Shown here piece by piece: positions 9,931 through 23,013 of a stretch of DNA of 51,727 nucleotides. The stretch comes from Octopus bimaculoides (lineage: Eukaryota), in NCBI RefSeq assembly GCF_001194135.2, contig NC_068983.1:69982090-70033816 (forward strand), written 5' to 3'. Position 1 is the stretch's first letter. Every line of letters starts with the position of its first letter. Under the pieces are notes generated by a model. It worked only from the letters and a program-made list of their open reading frames with translations. It was not told where the DNA came from and did no database searches. Position numbers and translations under genes: made by a program.

Positions 9931-12900
9931 TATTTTAATATTAATATGTAAATACCCTGCAGTATCAAGTTACAACCTGCTATATTTTGACTTCAAATCC
10001 TGCTGAAGTCAACTTTGCCTTTCATTTTCAGTCAATTATATCATCCTAATCAACAATACTTTCTTCTAAAACTTGTGGTCTTATGCCAGTGCTAGAGAGC
10101 AATACTAATTCCTGTATTACATACTTTCTGAGTTTAAATGCTATTTGCGATGACTGGTTTGTTTTTCATTCCACAAAGCTTAATACCAGTAATATACTTA
10201 GATAGATTATGCTCTTGATATGAAATATTATGAGAGTAAGAAATCCTATGCCTTTAACTACTCATAGTTTTTTGATTTTGTATATAACATGCATAACAGT
10301 AACATTTGTGAATTTGCTCCAAGGCTCCCTTTAACTGTTGTCTTTTATTCCCAGGTCTGGCTTGACCAAGCAGTCTTTTATGATCAGATGCATTCCAGTA
10401 ATGACCACTCTGTCTTTGTTTTCACACATGGTGTATCTAGGACTACATTATCCAACATGTCTCACAGTAGGATACAATCTGAGGCTGATTTTGCTAGTCC
10501 TTCCCACATGGCAAGCTATCATGTAAAGGCACCCTCATTGAATCAGTTATTGTAAAGCATCAATGAGTAGGTGAGGGTGTAAAGCCAGTATTCTTTCTCC
10601 TTTTAATGCTAGAATATGTAAAAGACATTTAAATGAAAAGTCTTAATCATTTCACTTGATTAACTTGTGTCCTGATTACCTTTTGTATAATTTTTATAAA
10701 GAACAGCTCTGTAGTCCTGAAATTCTATTGTTTAGTATGTTTTTCTGTTAATTATAACCAGTAAGGAAATATCGAATCAGTCTCTTAGACACCTGTACTA
10801 TTTTCTTATCCATTAGCTACTAGTAATATATAAACTCATTTCTATTGAATGTATCTGCTGAATTACTTGTCTCCTTAGTTTTACTGTTTATGAGAGGAAA
10901 AGTTCTATAGCAAAATTGGGAACATTTGCCATTAAAAGCCCTGTTTTTTTTTTTTTTATATTGCTTATTGATTAAAATGTTGAACAAAGTTTGAACAGCT
11001 ATTTGAATTTTGTTAGGTATAATGTTCATCACTACCATTTAAGAAACCATCTTTTGATGTATATCTCTTGTGGAACGATATTGATTTTAAAAGCTAACTT
11101 GATTAATTAGCTGCAATTGTTGTTTCTTATTAAAATGTCTCATGGTAGATTTGGCAATGAAATTTTTGTTTTTCTGGATGTTTTATAATAGATGAAATTA
11201 AATTTATTTAAGGAAATTTGTAAAAACTACTTCAAAAGAAAGGATTTCAGAAAAAAAAATAAAGTAAAATGGATTTATGTTTATAGAATTTAAAGAAGTC
11301 AATCAACTTTCTTGTATAAATCCACCTGAAATTTTGTCCAAGTTGTACTTAGGCATTTTCCCAAGCATTCATTGTTCTAATTTGTGAGTCCAATTTTACT
11401 CTAATCTGTTAAATTTCTGAAAATTCCTTCACTTGCCTTTCCTATGTATGCCCATCCATCATCCTCAAATCAATGTAATTATTTTCTCTTCTTGTTATTG
11501 ATTTTTCCATCTTTGAAAACAACATCCCATTTCCTTATAAGTGTGTTATCTTAATGAAAGTCAATGACTGTCTTGTGAAATCACCATTGTCCTGTCCACA
11601 GTAATCTCTCTCTTCCAAGATAGAAGAATTATATTGTCAGAAAAGAAGTAAGACATGTGACAAATGGGTACAGGCTACACTTAGTATGATATTTGTTATT
11701 TGAAATAAAACTGCAATACAAATTGCTAGTCATTATGTCAGTGGAGAAATAATATGGATTGTTTGTCTGAAGATGGTATTTGAATGTTAATCTATTGAGA
11801 GCATTTAATTTCTTCTAACAAGTTTACATTTTGAAAGCCAAGCTAATAAAGGAGCCTCTACATAATTGTTAACCCTGCTAGAAACAACTGCCTTATCTCC
11901 TTCAAATCAAACCTTTCCAACTTAAAGAGAGAAGATATTGGATAATGTTCTACATAGCCCCGAAAAGATGGGTAGATTATACTCAAAACACCTTTAATGA
12001 CAAGGTTGAACTGGGAGTTGACTAATTATAAAATAAATTTTATCATGTCCTAATTAATATCAAGCAACCAGATGATATCAAGTTTTAGAATAATTTTCAA
12101 GTGACATAGGTTTTGCTTGAAATGTATGTTCAACTCATATTTTTGATTTTATGAATGTTTGAGTAATGAAAGATATAGGCTTAGAGAATTCCTGATTCAC
12201 AATGTTTCTAATCCTTACAACCTCTTGTGCAATAGCTATCTAATATCAGCTTAAATTCATTGTATATCCCAAGAATGGTTGTTGGTTGTTTATAATACTA
12301 TGGTAATCTAATATTTTGCTAGAATATAATCTGAAATAGATATTTAAAAACCTTTTGAATCTCTGTTAATTGTCATCACATGTAGTTTCTTTGTCTGCGA
12401 AGATCCTATGCACAAAGTACTTTTCCATTTTTCATTTCAATTTGCTACATATTTAACTTTTCTATCATCCATTATGTGAGAGTCCTGTGAGGTTATGTGT
12501 ATTATTTATGAATTCTGTTCAAAAATATTGTGGGCATTACAATAATTCAGTTTTTATACCCTAAATAAATATGTTAAATTCTTAATAAAGATAATCTGGC
12601 TTTTAAGATGATAACTGATAAATTGGCCAAGAGCTACATTAAGGAATGAGAGGAAAGGATAGAACTTTAATCCAATCATAAATTCTTCACCATTTATCCA
12701 AGATACTTAGTGCTCAACTTTTTAAAATTTTAGGGGTATTTTATTTGTCATTATTGTTGAGGTCTCTGTTGCAATTTTGACTGTTGTTGTTGTTAATTCA
12801 GCTCTAGTCAGTCTTGACAGCAGATCTTAATCAAAGGCATTCCAGCTGTGAGTCTTTTGTCTTTTTGTATACCAGGGACTATATTGTAGCCTTCTTTTTT

Positions 12901-13789
12901 ATAAGACTGTAGGGTGTGATTTGAAAGAAATTCAACTAGTATTTCTATCTGATTAAGAGAAAACTCATAGACTACCTTGTTGTTCAAGTTGTCAAAAAAA
13001 AAAAAAAAAGACTAATAGATCTACTCATATACTGGTGATAAAATTGTAGGAGATACCCAAGAGCATGCCTGCTTTGATAATCTTATCTTAATGACAATTA
13101 TAAGGGACAGAATGAAAAGAAATGTTACATGAACATTTTGTGGTGATGCTGAGATGATATGCAGTATGATATTGCAGGTAACAGTTGGCATCAGTAATGA
13201 CTAATTGTTGGTAGACTATGAAAATGTCTACAAACTGTGGCACACCTTATTGTGTTAATACTGACCTTTTGCTGAACTAAATATTAAAGATAATCATGGT
13301 GATGATGAGAATCACCAATTCATCATGTTGTTATTGCTTTTTGTCACCAGATCAAAACCTGAGCTTTGACCTATAGCCAAAGTCTTCATTCCAGCCATGA
13401 CAACCTTTTCTCTGTGTCATGTCCTTCCATTTTCTTTTCTAATGATGGCAGTGTATGTTTTCAGAGAGAGTTGGCTGCTATATCTAGCAGGTCTAAAGTT
13501 TGTTTTGTTTTTAAAGTTGGATGTGTCTGCTATACAGCTCATTATCTTTCTTTTTTGATCCTACAACATCTTGTCCATGAGGACCTACATGTTGAGTTTC
13601 AGTCTCACCACTTCTTTTCATACGTTTCTTGGTTATTTTGTGCCTTTAGTGTTTTTCACAGCATTCTTTTCTTCTTACTGGCTTTGTCCATTTATGTTGT
13701 GTATCCATTGTAGCGCAACTGTCTCCTCTCATAGAAGTGTTTGTTATCAACTATTGTTGCTCACTTTACTTTTCTGCTTTTCATAAAAA

Positions 13790-14230
13790 TCAAATCCAAT
13801 GAATTATACTCAGTTAATTTCTCTTTAGCTCCTAGAAGTCTTCTGCACTCAATATGAATGCCTCACTACCATATAGCATGTCCCTTAGATATACTTCATA
13901 CCATACAGCCTAATCTTTGAATGATGAAAGAAATCACTTACTTTTAACAGAAGTAATAGTTCCCTAAACATCTACTTCTTTCTTCATCTAGCTGGGTAAC
14001 TTGCCAAGACCAATAAGTCATGTTGGTCTTTTGATACCTGAATGTCTCATCTCTCATTTGCTCATGCCTCGACTACTGATCATAGCAATGGTTCACTAAC
14101 CGAAATGGTTGATCCTAGCTGTTGCCATTTTGTTGAGTATTCATCCTCTCAGCATCTACTGATAGTCACCTTTAACTCATTAAGTTCATCTGCTGAAATA
14201 GTTCACATCCACCATGCTGCATCCTATGAT
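13790..14230 (-). mobile_element. Old RTE LINE fragment
   Basis: Minus strand reads MLYGSEAFILSAEDF*ELKRN (compare MLHGSETWAVTAEDMRKLERN). Confidence 0.65.
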
Positions 14231-14846
14231 TTCAACTTGGTTACTGGGTGCTAGGCCTTGCGAAGGGACCACCTGTGATTTGGTCTGAGGTTGTTCATTC
14301 CCATATTCATAGGTGACCTCTAATTACATGCTGATTAACCCATGGCTGGGACCCTGACAAGTGCTACTATTCTGGGTCAGAGTTAAACTGGGAACAACAG
14401 TGGCTAAGACATGGTTCCACACTCCTCAAAGCCTTGGAGCTCTCAATGCCGGGCTTCACCACTGGATGCAGCTTAAAGTCATATTCAGGACACTCCTTTC
14501 TTACTGTAGCTATTATACTTTCATTATATCCATCTCTGTACTAATGATAGCACTTAGATGAAGAGAATTCATATTTCTGAAAAGTCATATGACCAGTAAA
14601 GGGACATATTTTCATGTGTGATCTTGCTGTACTGCTAATTCATCTAGAGTCATGTTTCTTCTCTGTACATACAAAAATTTTACTGCACTATTTTATGTAC
14701 CCATTATTTGCACTGAGTTGTACAACACTGAATTCCTATCAACCCCTTTCTTACATACTGAGCAAAATTTTCAACCTAGATGGCAGTGGGTTATTGGATT
14801 CTCTGTTGTTGATCATTACTTTGGTGTTTCCCATGTCTATCAGTAG

Positions 14847-14981
14847 GCTTCTAGGCTCCAGAAAATTCCACCAGATTTTGGAGTTTATTCTGCAATGCTT
14901 CAACAGATTCTGAAACAACAACAGATAAATATACCAATAGACATCAGTTCTGAAATTCTCTTTTATTGCCTCAAGTACCAT
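14847..14981 (+). CDS. Candidate exon or decayed coding segment: ASRLQKIPPDFGVYSAMLQQILKQQQINIPIDISSEILFYCLKYH
   Basis: NAGNAG acceptor (tttcccatgtctatcagtag|); weak donors at 14975 or 14982. The same frame is also open for 64 codons upstream of the TAG. No homolog recognised. Confidence 0.3.
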
Positions 14982-15965
14982 GTGAATAGGAGTAGAATTT
15001 TGTGCTTAAGACAATAAATGAATGAATCCGAATGACTGACTGTATTGACCTATACTAATTATGCCAGCAGAAACATAATACATAAATGTAATAAGTTTTA
15101 AATAAGTTTTGCTGACTATATTTCGATAATCACTGATTGCTTCCAATATCAAGGATATAACTTTACTGAAATATCTCATTAATTAATTAATATATTAGTT
15201 CCTTTTTTTTTTCATTTTGTCTGTCTTCTACAGTAGCTTACTACTTCAGGGACATAAACTTACTGACTCTCATTCATCACTCTCTCTTTCAGATATTGTG
15301 CATACATATCTATCTATTTATCTATCTGTCTCTTTATCTGTTTAACTATCTGCCTGAATGCTTGTATATCTATTTGAGTACATAGGTAGGGAAGTATGTG
15401 CTGTTTTGTGCCCCAATGTATTACCCAGTATAAATATATAGGAGTTTGTGTGTATCTGTGTGTATGTATGTGTGTGTGTGTATGCAAAACTGTGTGCATG
15501 TGTGTGTTTGCATATATCTATATGTATTCGTTTTTATGTCTATTTTTCCTTGATAGCATGGGTTAGATGGCTATATTCACACGCATACATATGCATGACT
15601 ACACACTTACACAAACATATTTCTACACTTACACATGCTTTCTCTCTCTGTCCTCACACACACATACAACACTCACACACAAATACACACACACACACGC
15701 ACACACACTCGCGCACATTTTGATTATTATACTTAATGTTGTTACAGCTGAGATAGTGATTCACTCTCAAAATGTTATTTCTGATATTGGCTGTCCAGTC
15801 ACTTAACAGTAATGACTAATTTATTCAAGAAATTTTTTTAAATTCCAAATTTAGTTTCTGATATGGAATTTTGAGAATTTTTTTCTTTTTACAGTTGCAT
15901 TGTTGAAGAATCCTGATTGCTATCTAAAACCCACATATGCTGTTAAATTTACTTTTGTTTTATTA

Positions 15966-16180
15966 TCGAGCTGGCAGAACCATTAGCATGCTAGGCAAAA
16001 TGCTTAGCAATATTTCGTCTGTCTTTACATTCTGAGTTCAAATTCCGCTGAGGTCGACTTTGCTTTCATCCGTTGGGGGTCGATAAAATAAGTACCAGTT
16101 GAGTACTGGGGTGAATGCAATCAATTATCTCCCTCCTCCAAAATTTAAGTCCTTGTGCCTATAGTAGAAAGAATTATGTT
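15966..16180 (+). mobile_element. tRNA-derived SINE (GAGCTGGCAG family)
   Basis: GAGCTGGCAGAACCATTAGC..GAGTTCAAATTCC (B box)..GTCGATAAAATAAGTACCAG; well-preserved copy. Confidence 0.85.
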
Positions 16181-16661
16181 GTGGTACTATAAGTGTGAGC
16201 CAGACTGAGTGGTTATGAAGTTTGCTTTGTCACCACATTGACACAGGTCATCCAATATAGCCTCAGGGTGACCAATTCCATATGAGAGGACCTGATAGAT
16301 GGTGACTGAGATAAAGCCTGTTATACATATATGTGAATATATGTGTGGTATATTGTTCCATGTGTCTTCATTAACATCCTCTGAGCAAAAATGTTATATT
16401 TGTGAATAATCTCTGGTAAACGAAAGGTACCAAATCAGTGGAATGAGAAAATACTTTACTTGGAAATCAGGTATGGGTTGGTGATTGCGCATCCTGACAT
16501 AGAAAATCTGCCTTGACAAATATTGTCTAACCCATGCTATCATGGAAAAATGGATGTAAAAGTGAATGACTCAATGAACAAGGTGTTATTCTATTAACAT
16601 TTAAAAATTTTATTTTACTTATATATACAAATCTTCTGTGATTTTTCATCTTATCTCTTTC

Positions 16662-16695
<34 letters not shown>

Positions 16696-16697
<2 letters not shown>

Positions 16698-17699
16698 CCT
16701 AGGTGACCAAGTCAGTAGTGGGGGTGGATGCTCTGAGAGCATAGCTGCTAGAATAAGAGTAGCCTGGGAAAAGTTCAGTAAGCTCCTACCTATGCTGGTA
16801 ACAAAGGGCCTTTCAGTCAAACTGAAAGGTAGACTGGATGATACATGTGTGTGAACGGCCATACCACATGGCAGTGAAACATGGGCTGTGACTGCTGAGG
16901 ACATGCAAAAGCTTGCAAGAAATGAAGCTAGTATGCTCCGCTGGATGTGTAATGTCAGTGTGCATACACGACAGAGTGTAAGCACCCTGAGAGAAAAGAA
17001 GCATCAGATGTGGTATGCAAGTGAGATGACTGCACTGGTATGGTCATGTGTTGTGTATGGATGAGCACAGCTGTGTGAAAAAGTGTCACACCCTGACAGT
17101 GGAGGGAACCTGGGGAAGAGGTAGACCTAAGAAGACCTAGGATGAGGTGGTCAAGCACAGCCTTTGAGCATTGGGCCTCACTGGGGGCAATAACAAGCGA
17201 CTTTTGAAGATATGCTGTGCTTCAGAAGACTTGGCAAGCCAAGTGAAACTGTAACTGTGGTTTATACCAGTGTTGCATAACCAGCCCATTTAAGAGTACT
17301 CTTCAATCATTGGACAATAAACTGTGCTTGAGAGAACCTGTTGAGTCAAGTGAAATCATTGTCATAGCTGATGCCAATACAGCTTGACTGGCACCTGTGC
17401 CAGTGGCACGTAAAAAGCCCCTTTTGAGCATGGTCAATGCCAGTCCGACCAGACTGGCTCCTGTGCCAGTGACATGTGAAATGCGCCATACGAATGTGGT
17501 TGATGCCAGCACTGCCTGCCTGGCCCTTGTGCTGGTGTCACGTAAAAAGCACTTAGAGTGGTTGGCATAAGGAAGGGCATCCAGCTGTAGAAACCTTGCC
17601 AGATTAGATACAGCCTTCTGGATTGCCAGTCCTCAGTCAAACTGTCCAACCCATGCTAGCATGGAAAGCGGACGTTAAACGATGATGATGATGATGATG
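16696..17699 (+). mobile_element. 5'-truncated RTE LINE with 3' UTR and (GAT)n tail
   Basis: YLGDQVSSGGGCSESIAARIRVAWEKF..GSETWAVTAEDMQKLARNEASMLRWMCNVSV..GRGRPKKT, then a UTR ending in GTTAAAC(GAT)6; inserted in a TA tract. Confidence 0.93.
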
Positions 17700-17723
17700 T
17701 ATATAAATATAAGAAATATATAT

Positions 17724-17864
17724 NNNNNNNNNNNNNNNNNNNNNNNNNNNNNNNNNNNNNNNNNNNNNNNNNNNNNNNNNNNNNNNNNNNNNNNNNNNNN
17801 NNNNNNNNNNNNNNNNNNNNNNNNNNNNNNNNNNNNNNNNNNNNNNNNNNNNNNNNNNNNNNNN
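17724..17864. other. Assembly gap (others: 29255-29791, 35169-36139, 38115-38356, 38564-38662)
   Basis: Runs of N, mostly abutting microsatellites or repeats. Confidence 0.99.
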
Positions 17865-18399
17865 ATTAATGTGAAATAATTTTAAGGCAAGAGATAAGTG
17901 CATACATTGTACTTTATTTCAAAGAAACTCGCATTCACTGGGACACTGAAGTTTTTTTAAATATCCTGTCATTTTCTGACCCACCTTAATAGTGTATGGC
18001 ACATCTGAGAACTATACTCAGTGCCAAAGTATGTCATGGCATAGTTGTGGGAAATATTTGATATAAAATGTTGAACAATGGTGTTATTAAGTCTGTTCCA
18101 CTTTAGTAGAATAATGTGGACCAGATCAAAGATGAAGGAAGATGACACTTGTTTCTGTTTCAACACACAATTTCAATATTTTCCCACTGCTGGACATGCC
18201 TGGACATATTTCCATTGAAAATTGCAATTGAAGGACACTGCTTGGTTGATAACAATGATCGTTTACAACTATTGTGCAATGTCAACACAAGGAGACACAA
18301 ATATCCCACACGTCCTCACATACATACATATATATATGCATGCGTTTGTGTATGTGTGTGTATGTCTGTGAGGTGTTCAGGTTTCTGAGAAAGAGTGAG

Positions 18400-19700
18400 A
18401 GAGAACCAAGATGTCATTAGTAGGAGGTGCATTCAGAATGATGAATGCATACTTGCCATTCATTTGGATGACAAGAAAGTGGTGTGGAAGTGCCATTATA
18501 AGATGCTACTGAATGTGGAGAATGCATGAAATAAAGAGGGACTACTTAATTCTGACGCTACAAAAAGACCTGCTTTTCAAGTTGACAGCAGTGTGGTAGG
18601 TAAGGTGATCAAATACATGAGAAGAGGGAAAGCTTCAGGTCCATCACGGACAATAATGGAGATGCTTAAAATATCTGGTACAGATTATCACCTGAACAAT
18701 TAATCAAGTTATACAATGACTGGCATTGCACTATCATTGTAAAGCATTACAAAGTGAAGTGAGAAACCTTAGAAGGAAGCAACTAAAGAGGAATCAAACA
18801 AATAGATCAGGTATCGAAGGACAGATTCGTAACAGTGTTGACCTTGATGAGATGAGGTTTGGCCTTGTGCTCCAAAGAGGTGCCATAGATGCAGCCTTTC
18901 TTGTGAAGCAGCTGCAAGGAAAGTACTTGGCTAAAGGTTGATCACTATTCTTGGCATTCATTGACTTGGAGAAGGTGTTTGACAGGGTAACATGTTAAGT
19001 AATTTCATGATTACTGAGGAAATGAGATGTAGCAGATGGCTTGTGAATGCAGTACAAGCTATCTTCCAAGAAGCAGTAAGTAAAGTTAAAGTCAATAACG
19101 ATTTCAATGATGAGCTTGATGTGAGGTTAGGAGTCCAACAATGTTCAGTCCTCAGTTCTATCCTTTTCATGTGAGTCCTACATGCCATCACAGTCTTTGA
19201 AGATTCCTATGTGCTAATGATCTAGTTCTCACAGCTCAATCTGTAGAAGAAATTAAAGGGAAAATTCCAGGTTTGGAAGTTCAACCTAGAACTGAGAAGT
19301 CTTAAGGTAAACTTTGCTAAAACGAAGGTTTTAATTAGGAGGAAAGAAGATAGGACTCTGGTATCTTCAGGAAAATGGTCCTGCTTGATATGCAGAAAAG
19401 GAATATCCAGTGTAAGCTATCAAAGAACCTAAACTTTGTATGTGATAGATGTACTGGAGCAGTATATTCTACAAGCACACTGAAAATAGATTCTATTAAA
19501 TACCTGGATGATTTACCAGAAATAGTTGATAGCTTTTGTAACCTAGGAGATATAATTAGCAGGGGAGATGGTTGCTCTGAAAGTACAGTAGTCAGAATAA
19601 GAACAGATCAGTGAAAGTTCAGGAGCTACCACTACTATTAACAACAACAGTCTTTTTCCTCAGTTTGAAGGGCAGATTGTATGGCAGTCACAGAGAGCTA
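18400..19700 (+). mobile_element. Old, heavily decayed RTE LINE (RT region)
   Basis: RENQDV..WKCHYKMLLNVENA; LVKQLQGKYLAK..FLAFIDLEKVFDRV; VRLGVQQCSVLSSILF; WSCLICRKG; EIVDSFCNLGDIISRGDGCSESTVVRIR. Confidence 0.88.
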
Positions 19701-20499
19701 GGTTTTTCATCTTCATGACCACACTATGAGTGTCTGTGAGATCTTGTATGATCACTTTTTGCCTAAGGATGCTTGTAGATGTACATATGTGCAGGTTAAC
19801 TTCTTCATATCCACTATAGGGGTATGCTGGGAAGGTAGTCAGTGTTTCTGCCCAGACTAAAGCTATAATTATCAATTATTAAGAATTAAAAGTAAATGAT
19901 TTCCAATTCATTATATAAATGCTAATTTAATGTGTAGAAGTCAGTGTTTTCTCCTGTGAATAGCAACTATTTTGATGTTGGACAGGTACAAATTCTGCCT
20001 GTTTTCAAGTTCAAAGTGAATTCTGTGTAAAGCTATCAATCACAAGCTTTGAATTCAGCTCTAGAATGAATTAAATAAAGTGTAATGAAGACAGAAATAA
20101 TTCCACCTTTCCCTAAGTGTTATTATAGAGTGAGGGGTATGCATATATGTGTTTGTGGATGTCTTCTATTATCATCATCTGAGTGAAATTGGGTAAGAAA
20201 AGCTATACTGAAGCCTGCCATATAGGTTGTAGTTGATAATCTGTCTCTTGGTTTTACACCGTCTACCTTGTCCTCAGGTATCTTTAGTGGAGTGAAGTGA
20301 ATTTCAAAAATCTGAACTTGATCTTTGATCTTCAGTTAGGCTTTGAAACCTGGATTCTTCTCTTTTTATCATCGTTCATTGAAGCTCTGTAGAGAAGACA
20401 TAAGTGATGCTCTTCCTCTTCTAATTAATCCATCAAGAATAACCTAAGAGAAACCTTTCAAATAAAAATTTTTATTTCTTTTCAAATATCAACTGCTAT

Positions 20500-20872
20500 A
20501 CCTTTCACTATTTGTCTTTTGACTGCAGCCATGCTGGAGCACTGCCTTAAAGGGTTTAGTCAAACAAATCAACCCCAGTACTTATTTTCTTTAAAGTCTG
20601 GTATTTATTTTATTGATCTCTTTTTGTTAAATCCCTAAGTTACAGGAATGTAAACAAACCAACACCTGTTGTCAAGCGGTAGTGGGAAGAAACATGAAGA
20701 CACACATAGATGATGGACTTCTGCCGAGTTTCCATCTACCAAATTCACTCACAAGGCATTAATTGTTCTGGGGCTATAGTAGAAGAGGCTTGCTCAGGGT
20801 GCAAAGGACTGAACCCAAAAACATGTGGTCTGCAAAGTAAACTTCTTAACAACACAGACATACCAGACTTTT
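20500..20872 (-). mobile_element. tRNA-derived SINE (GGAGTGGCTGTGTGG..GGTAGATGGAAACTG family)
   Basis: Reverse complement of the family at 43919-44254; other remnants at about 16190-16570 (+), 20100-20240 (-), 49600-49700 (-). Confidence 0.8.
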
Positions 20873-21070
20873 TCCCCACACTCTCCCTCTCTCTCCTTTC
20901 TCCTTCCCTCCCTTCTCTCTCCCTCCCTATCTCCATCTCTCCCCTCTCCTCCCTCACACCCTCTCTCCTTCACTCTGTATATAAATTAGCATTGTGAACC
21001 ATTTATATTACATTCTGTTGGTTCACTAATGCACATTGAAAACAAAAATTTTAAGATTATTCTATTTCAG

Positions 21071-21125
21071 ACAAATGATTTTGGAAACTATTTCGTTTGA
21101 ACAAGAGGTGTTTAAAACAGCTCTT
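21071..21125 (+). CDS. Candidate 55-nt exon QMILETISFEQEVFKTAL
   Basis: attattctatttcag| acceptor and CTT|gtatga donor; open in phase 2 to phase 0. No homolog recognised. Confidence 0.3.
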
Positions 21126-21640
21126 GTATGAATTAAAGAATTTACCGCTGTTAAAATATCTCCAAATAAATGTAATCAGACACAAACCACTCCATCAGCT
21201 CATTGCTTTATTCCAGTTGTATTCCAAAACTAATCTCCTCCTTAGCACTCAATTGGTATCAAAAGAATCTATGTACATTACACTGTTCACAAGAGCACTC
21301 AATCCATTAGTTAAATAAATTTCTCCAAATGTTCTGTTGATTTTCGTTATGATTGGCAAGATCTTACAAGATTCAACAGTTCTTTGAGAGAGAGTTGTTT
21401 TCAATTCTCTTTGTGTGTTTTTACATTTACTAGTTTCTTTTTTTTTTATTTATTTGCTATGTCTCCATTCTGATGTTGGTGTGGATATGTGTAAAGTAGC
21501 CCATGTATATAAAAACATTTATGTGCATTCTTGTTGATCTTACTAATGCTAATAATTTCAATGAGTGCATAACCTTTTTAACTTGCATTCTCTGTTATGC
21601 AATAAGACAGTTAGTATATATGTTATATGAAAATACAAAT

Positions 21641-21945
21641 GAAGGCACATGGTTTAGTGGTTAGGGGCATTCAACTCATGGTCATATGGTCATGAGTTCA
21701 ATTCCTGGTGGTGCGTTGTGTTCTTGACTTATTTTATGTTGCTCCTAGTCTATTCAGTTGACAAAAATGAGTAGTACCTGTATTTTCAAGGGCCAGCTTT
21801 GTCACATTCTGTGTCACACTGAATCCCCCTGAAAATTATATAAAGGGTATGTGTGTTTGTGGAGTGCTCAGTCACTTGCACATTAATTTCATAAGCTTGC
21901 TTTTCCGTTTGCCAGAACAACTGGAACCCTCATCGTTATAACCAA
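21641..21945 (+). mobile_element. Older SINE, family B (head/core like 39274, 3' half like family A)
   Basis: GGTTTAGTGGTTAG..GAGTTCAATTCC..GTTGTGTTCTTGA..CAAAAATGAGTAG, then GGGCCAGCTTTGTCAC..CACTTGCACATTAATTTCA..CAACTGGAACCCTC. Confidence 0.8.
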
Positions 21946-22057
21946 TGGAGTACCAGAAGTATGAAAATACAACACAATGAGCCAATGAGGGTTCCTGTAC
22001 ACAGTGACTTGATCTGCTCAATTCCTTCTATATAATACCATATTCTGAGAGCTTTTA

Positions 22058-22520
22058 CCTCTGTTGGCAACCAAAGATCTCTCCCTCTATGTGAAAGGAA
22101 GATTGTATGATGCTTGTGTACAAACTGCAATGCTACATAATAGTGAGGCATGGGCCCTGAATGCAGAGGACATGCAAAAACTAGAGAGAAACGAAGCTGA
22201 TATGCTCTGCTGGATGTACAATGTTAGTGTACTTATATGACAGAATGTTAGTGTATTCAGAGAGAAGTTAGGCACAAGAGGAATTAGATGCAGTATGTAA
22301 GAAAGAAGACTAGTGGTTTGGTCAGTTGTTGCATATAGATCAGGACAGTTATGTAAAGAAGTGCCAATCACTTAAAGTGGATGGATGTTGTAGAAGAGGA
22401 AGACCCAAGAAGACATCGGGCAAAGTATTGAAAATTCTGAACCATATGAAGCTGACAAAGGACCAAGATATGTGGGTCATTGCTGTTGACAAGAAGACCT
22501 GCCCACCACAATAAAACTGA
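22058..22520 (+). mobile_element. RTE LINE C-terminal fragment
   Basis: KGRLYDACVQTAMLHNSEAWALNAEDMQKLERNEADMLCWMYNVSV..RRGRPKKT. Confidence 0.88.
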
Positions 22521-23013
22521 CATCCTAAAACCACCTTGGTAATTCTTGTCTGTGAGGTACTCAAACTATGTGAGAGTAGAATAGGTACATATTACATTCC
22601 CTGGCTTTCTCAATTACTTTTACCCACCCCCATCTTTTTTCCCTGCCTACTAACTCCACTGATCACCTTTCTGCACCTTCTCTCTCCTCCTTGTACTGCT
22701 TTCCATCATCAACTACTCACTTGCCTGCTATTACCCTCAATGCCTTCACGTACCTACTGCAACCCTTGCCACCTGAGCCATTTCTCTCCACCATTCTCTC
22801 TCACCCAACCCAAGCCTTTATATCATCTCACCTATTCTTATCGGCCCCAATGTTCCTTGAAGGTATGTCCTAGCACATCCCCTCTATCATCTTTACCACT
22901 ATTACTCCTTTTACCTTACTCTCCCACTCATTTTCCTTTGTTTTCCAACTGGAGTATCCATGTATCTATTCTACAATAAAACACCTATATCTATACCCTC
23001 TATACCTTAATCC

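Noticed and set aside
11330-11620. Tc1/Tc3-like transposase remnant on the minus strand (KWDVVFKDGK..DDGWAY)
   Set aside because: Only a loose resemblance to WxxVxFSDE..DG, many stops, and no TIRs found.
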